Positions 18,358 through 20,000 of a DNA stretch of 20,000 nucleotides are shown here, in pieces (positions within the stretch are counted from its first letter, which is position 1; each line of letters begins with the position of its first letter). The position numbers and the translations under genes were made by a program. The stretch is taken from IMG/VR virus record IMGVR_UViG_3300008262_000233; one strand, written 5' to 3'. The notes under the pieces were generated by a model, which searched no databases, was not told the DNA's origin, and was given only the letters and a program-made list of their open reading frames with translations. This DNA comes from an uncultured virus (IMG/VR IMGVR_UViG_3300008262_000233) (lineage: Duplodnaviria > Heunggongvirae > Uroviricota > Caudoviricetes).

Positions 18358-19518
18358 TTAAGCTGTTATATTTAAATTTATAATTACTCCATCTAAGTAA
18401 TTTTGAGCAATATCTGAAAAATCAAATGACATTGAATGTGTTCCAATACCAGTAATCGATGAGACTAAATTACTTTCAGTTCCTGTCAAGATTATATTGG
18501 ATGCAGTTATTGCCATAATACCATCTCTGTTATCAACAATTTGATCAATTAAAAGATCAATCAAATTAGACTTACTAATCACACTAGATACACCGTAAGT
18601 AGAGAGTGATATTGAAGTCGAGAAAGTGTATCCTGTAACACTGTAAGAACTTCCACCTGCATAGGTAGGAACGTCAACAGATATATCAGACAAAATCAAA
18701 TCACCAGTTCCTCCAACAAATTCATTGAAGTGCATAACTGGGTCTATACTATCCGAAAGTGGATCAATATCGCCAATATTTATTTGAGGGTTAGAAAGTA
18801 CATAAGTAAGAAGTGATTGAGCTTGTACAGCATCCTGTTCTGTAACAAATGATAAAAGTAATGTACCAAGTGTATCATCATCAATAGTCAAAATTGAGGC
18901 AGTTCTTGTAACTGAATTTATAGTTGATAAGTTAATATAGACAAGTGGTCTTGCGTTTACATCAACAATTACTATTGATTCTCCAACAATATAAGTTTGA
19001 ATGTCTGTATATTGAAGATCTGTAAATGAGGTTCCACTTTGATTAAGTGTATCATTAAAGAATGAATAAGTATCATCAATTACCGCAACCATTACATCTA
19101 AAACAACTGCATATTTTGAATTAGGATTAGTTAAATAAAGTTGTTTAATTCTATTCGATGAGTTACCAGTTAATACAATTAACTGATTAAATGAATGTCT
19201 CGAAGCCAAGTCGTCATAATAATAGTAATCTATATAATTATCTTCTTCATTTACTGATTTAGTATTATAAGTAGCTTTGATTGCTAAAAAAGTCGCATTA
19301 TCACCTAATCCAAGATGATTAAGTAGAAAGTTAGCTTGACCGGCTTTTAGGATTACTCTACTTTTAAGTAATTGTTTGTATGGTATTCTGATATCACCAC
19401 CTAAAAGTCTTTCAACTGTGTTAACTCCCTCGATTGCAACGAAATCAGACCCTTGTAATTTGATATATTGACTTGTAGCGCCAAATATTGAAGTATTTCC
19501 AGGACATCCTATACACAT
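18358..19518 (-). CDS. putative virion structural protein
   Basis: 386-aa ORF in the structural block, preceded by TAATATATA; shares a ~60-aa module with the N-terminus of the collagen fibre. Confidence 0.7.
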   Translation of the reverse strand: MCIGCPGNTSIFGATSQYIKLQGSDFVAIEGVNTVERLLGGDIRIPYKQLLKSRVILKAGQANFLLNHLGLGDNATFLAIKATYNTKSVNEEDNYIDYYYYDDLASRHSFNQLIVLTGNSSNRIKQLYLTNPNSKYAVVLDVMVAVIDDTYSFFNDTLNQSGTSFTDLQYTDIQTYIVGESIVIVDVNARPLVYINLSTINSVTRTASILTIDDDTLGTLLLSFVTEQDAVQAQSLLTYVLSNPQINIGDIDPLSDSIDPVMHFNEFVGGTGDLILSDISVDVPTYAGGSSYSVTGYTFSTSISLSTYGVSSVISKSNLIDLLIDQIVDNRDGIMAITASNIILTGTESNLVSSITGIGTHSMSFDFSDIAQNYLDGVIINLNITA

Positions 19519-19539
19519 GTGCAGAGTTTAAATTTAACT

Positions 19540-19548
19540 TATATATTA
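19540..19548 (-). promoter_or_regulatory. candidate late-promoter motif TAATATATA
   Basis: + strand tatatatta, 21 nt upstream of the ATG at 19518. Confidence 0.65.
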
Positions 19549-19570
19549 AATAGAAAAACTTTAAACTCAA

Positions 19571-19999
19571 TTAATATTGAATATCTCTTACGTCTATTTG
19601 ATATTTTTCCGAGATAGGAATTTGATCTAACTCATTAATACGAGTTATTCTAATCATTAGACCTTTATTTATGTCTAAATATGGTAAATTTGAAAGAAGT
19701 GAGCTACTTGCACTGTGTAAAGTAAGTGGTAGTTGACCACTAACATAATCCATAAAATCTGAATTTACTGAAACATCAAGTGTAATTGTTGATGATGTGG
19801 CACTCACTGATGTTACAGAATATTGTCCAGAAAAATCAAATACTGAGCTTGTACCCACAAAAAGATTATTTAATGTAAAAACATCACCTTGTTTTATTGA
19901 ATTATAAACAATGTTTGCATCAGTATCAAAACTTAATTCAAGAAGATTATTTGATGTTACTGTTATATCTTTAGTAAAATCAACATTAAATTTAAAATT
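19571..19999 (-). CDS. 3' part of a hypothetical (probably structural) protein that starts beyond the window
   Basis: The frame stays open upstream of the track's GTG at 19858 to the window edge (NFKFNVDFTKDITVTSNNLLELSFDTD...), so the gene is 5'-truncated. Confidence 0.8.
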   Translation of the reverse strand, partial: NFKFNVDFTKDITVTSNNLLELSFDTDANIVYNSIKQGDVFTLNNLFVGTSSVFDFSGQYSVTSVSATSSTITLDVSVNSDFMDYVSGQLPLTLHSASSSLLSNLPYLDINKGLMIRITRINELDQIPISEKYQIDVRDIQY

Positions 20000-20000
20000 T

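Noticed and set aside
19571..19858. 95-aa complete ORF as listed in the track
   Set aside because: The frame is open to the window edge, so the GTG is probably internal to a longer gene.
1..20000. Stop-codon reassignment (TAG=Gln or TGA=Trp), as in some large phages
   Set aside because: Multi-kb ORFs are intact under code 11 and TAG ends genes at 1492 and 2799. Reading through the TAG at 2449 or the TGA at 2462 does not rescue the hidden ORF, because both frames meet TAA.

Overview
AT-rich, densely coding window that reads as part of a large (jumbo-type) tailed phage genome. The host is probably Bacteroidota, inferred from A-rich starts without Shine-Dalgarno sites. Most of the window (about 2.5-20 kb) is a minus-strand late/structural block of fibre- or receptor-binding-like proteins: a collagen-repeat fibre, a triple-LamG protein, a delta-60 propeller/Asn-rich beta-helix mosaic and a very Cys-rich segmented beta-solenoid, with a 2OG-Fe(II) oxygenase embedded among them. 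The left end carries accessory genes: a minimal TilS, an FKBP/SlyD-type PPIase and a T5orf172/GIY-YIG-like protein. Four signals are not in the ORF track. (i) A recurring (T)AATATATA motif lies upstream of seven minus-strand starts and is a candidate late promoter. (ii) Three proteins share an N-terminal peptide resembling the T4 capsid-targeting sequence. (iii) A hidden ~194-codon gene at 1871-2452 has no normal start; it could be reached from an upstream GTG by a -1 shift at A-AAA-AAA-TAG, which is followed by a hairpin. (iv) Two structural proteins share a ~60-aa module. All family calls come from motif recognition by eye; no searches were run.
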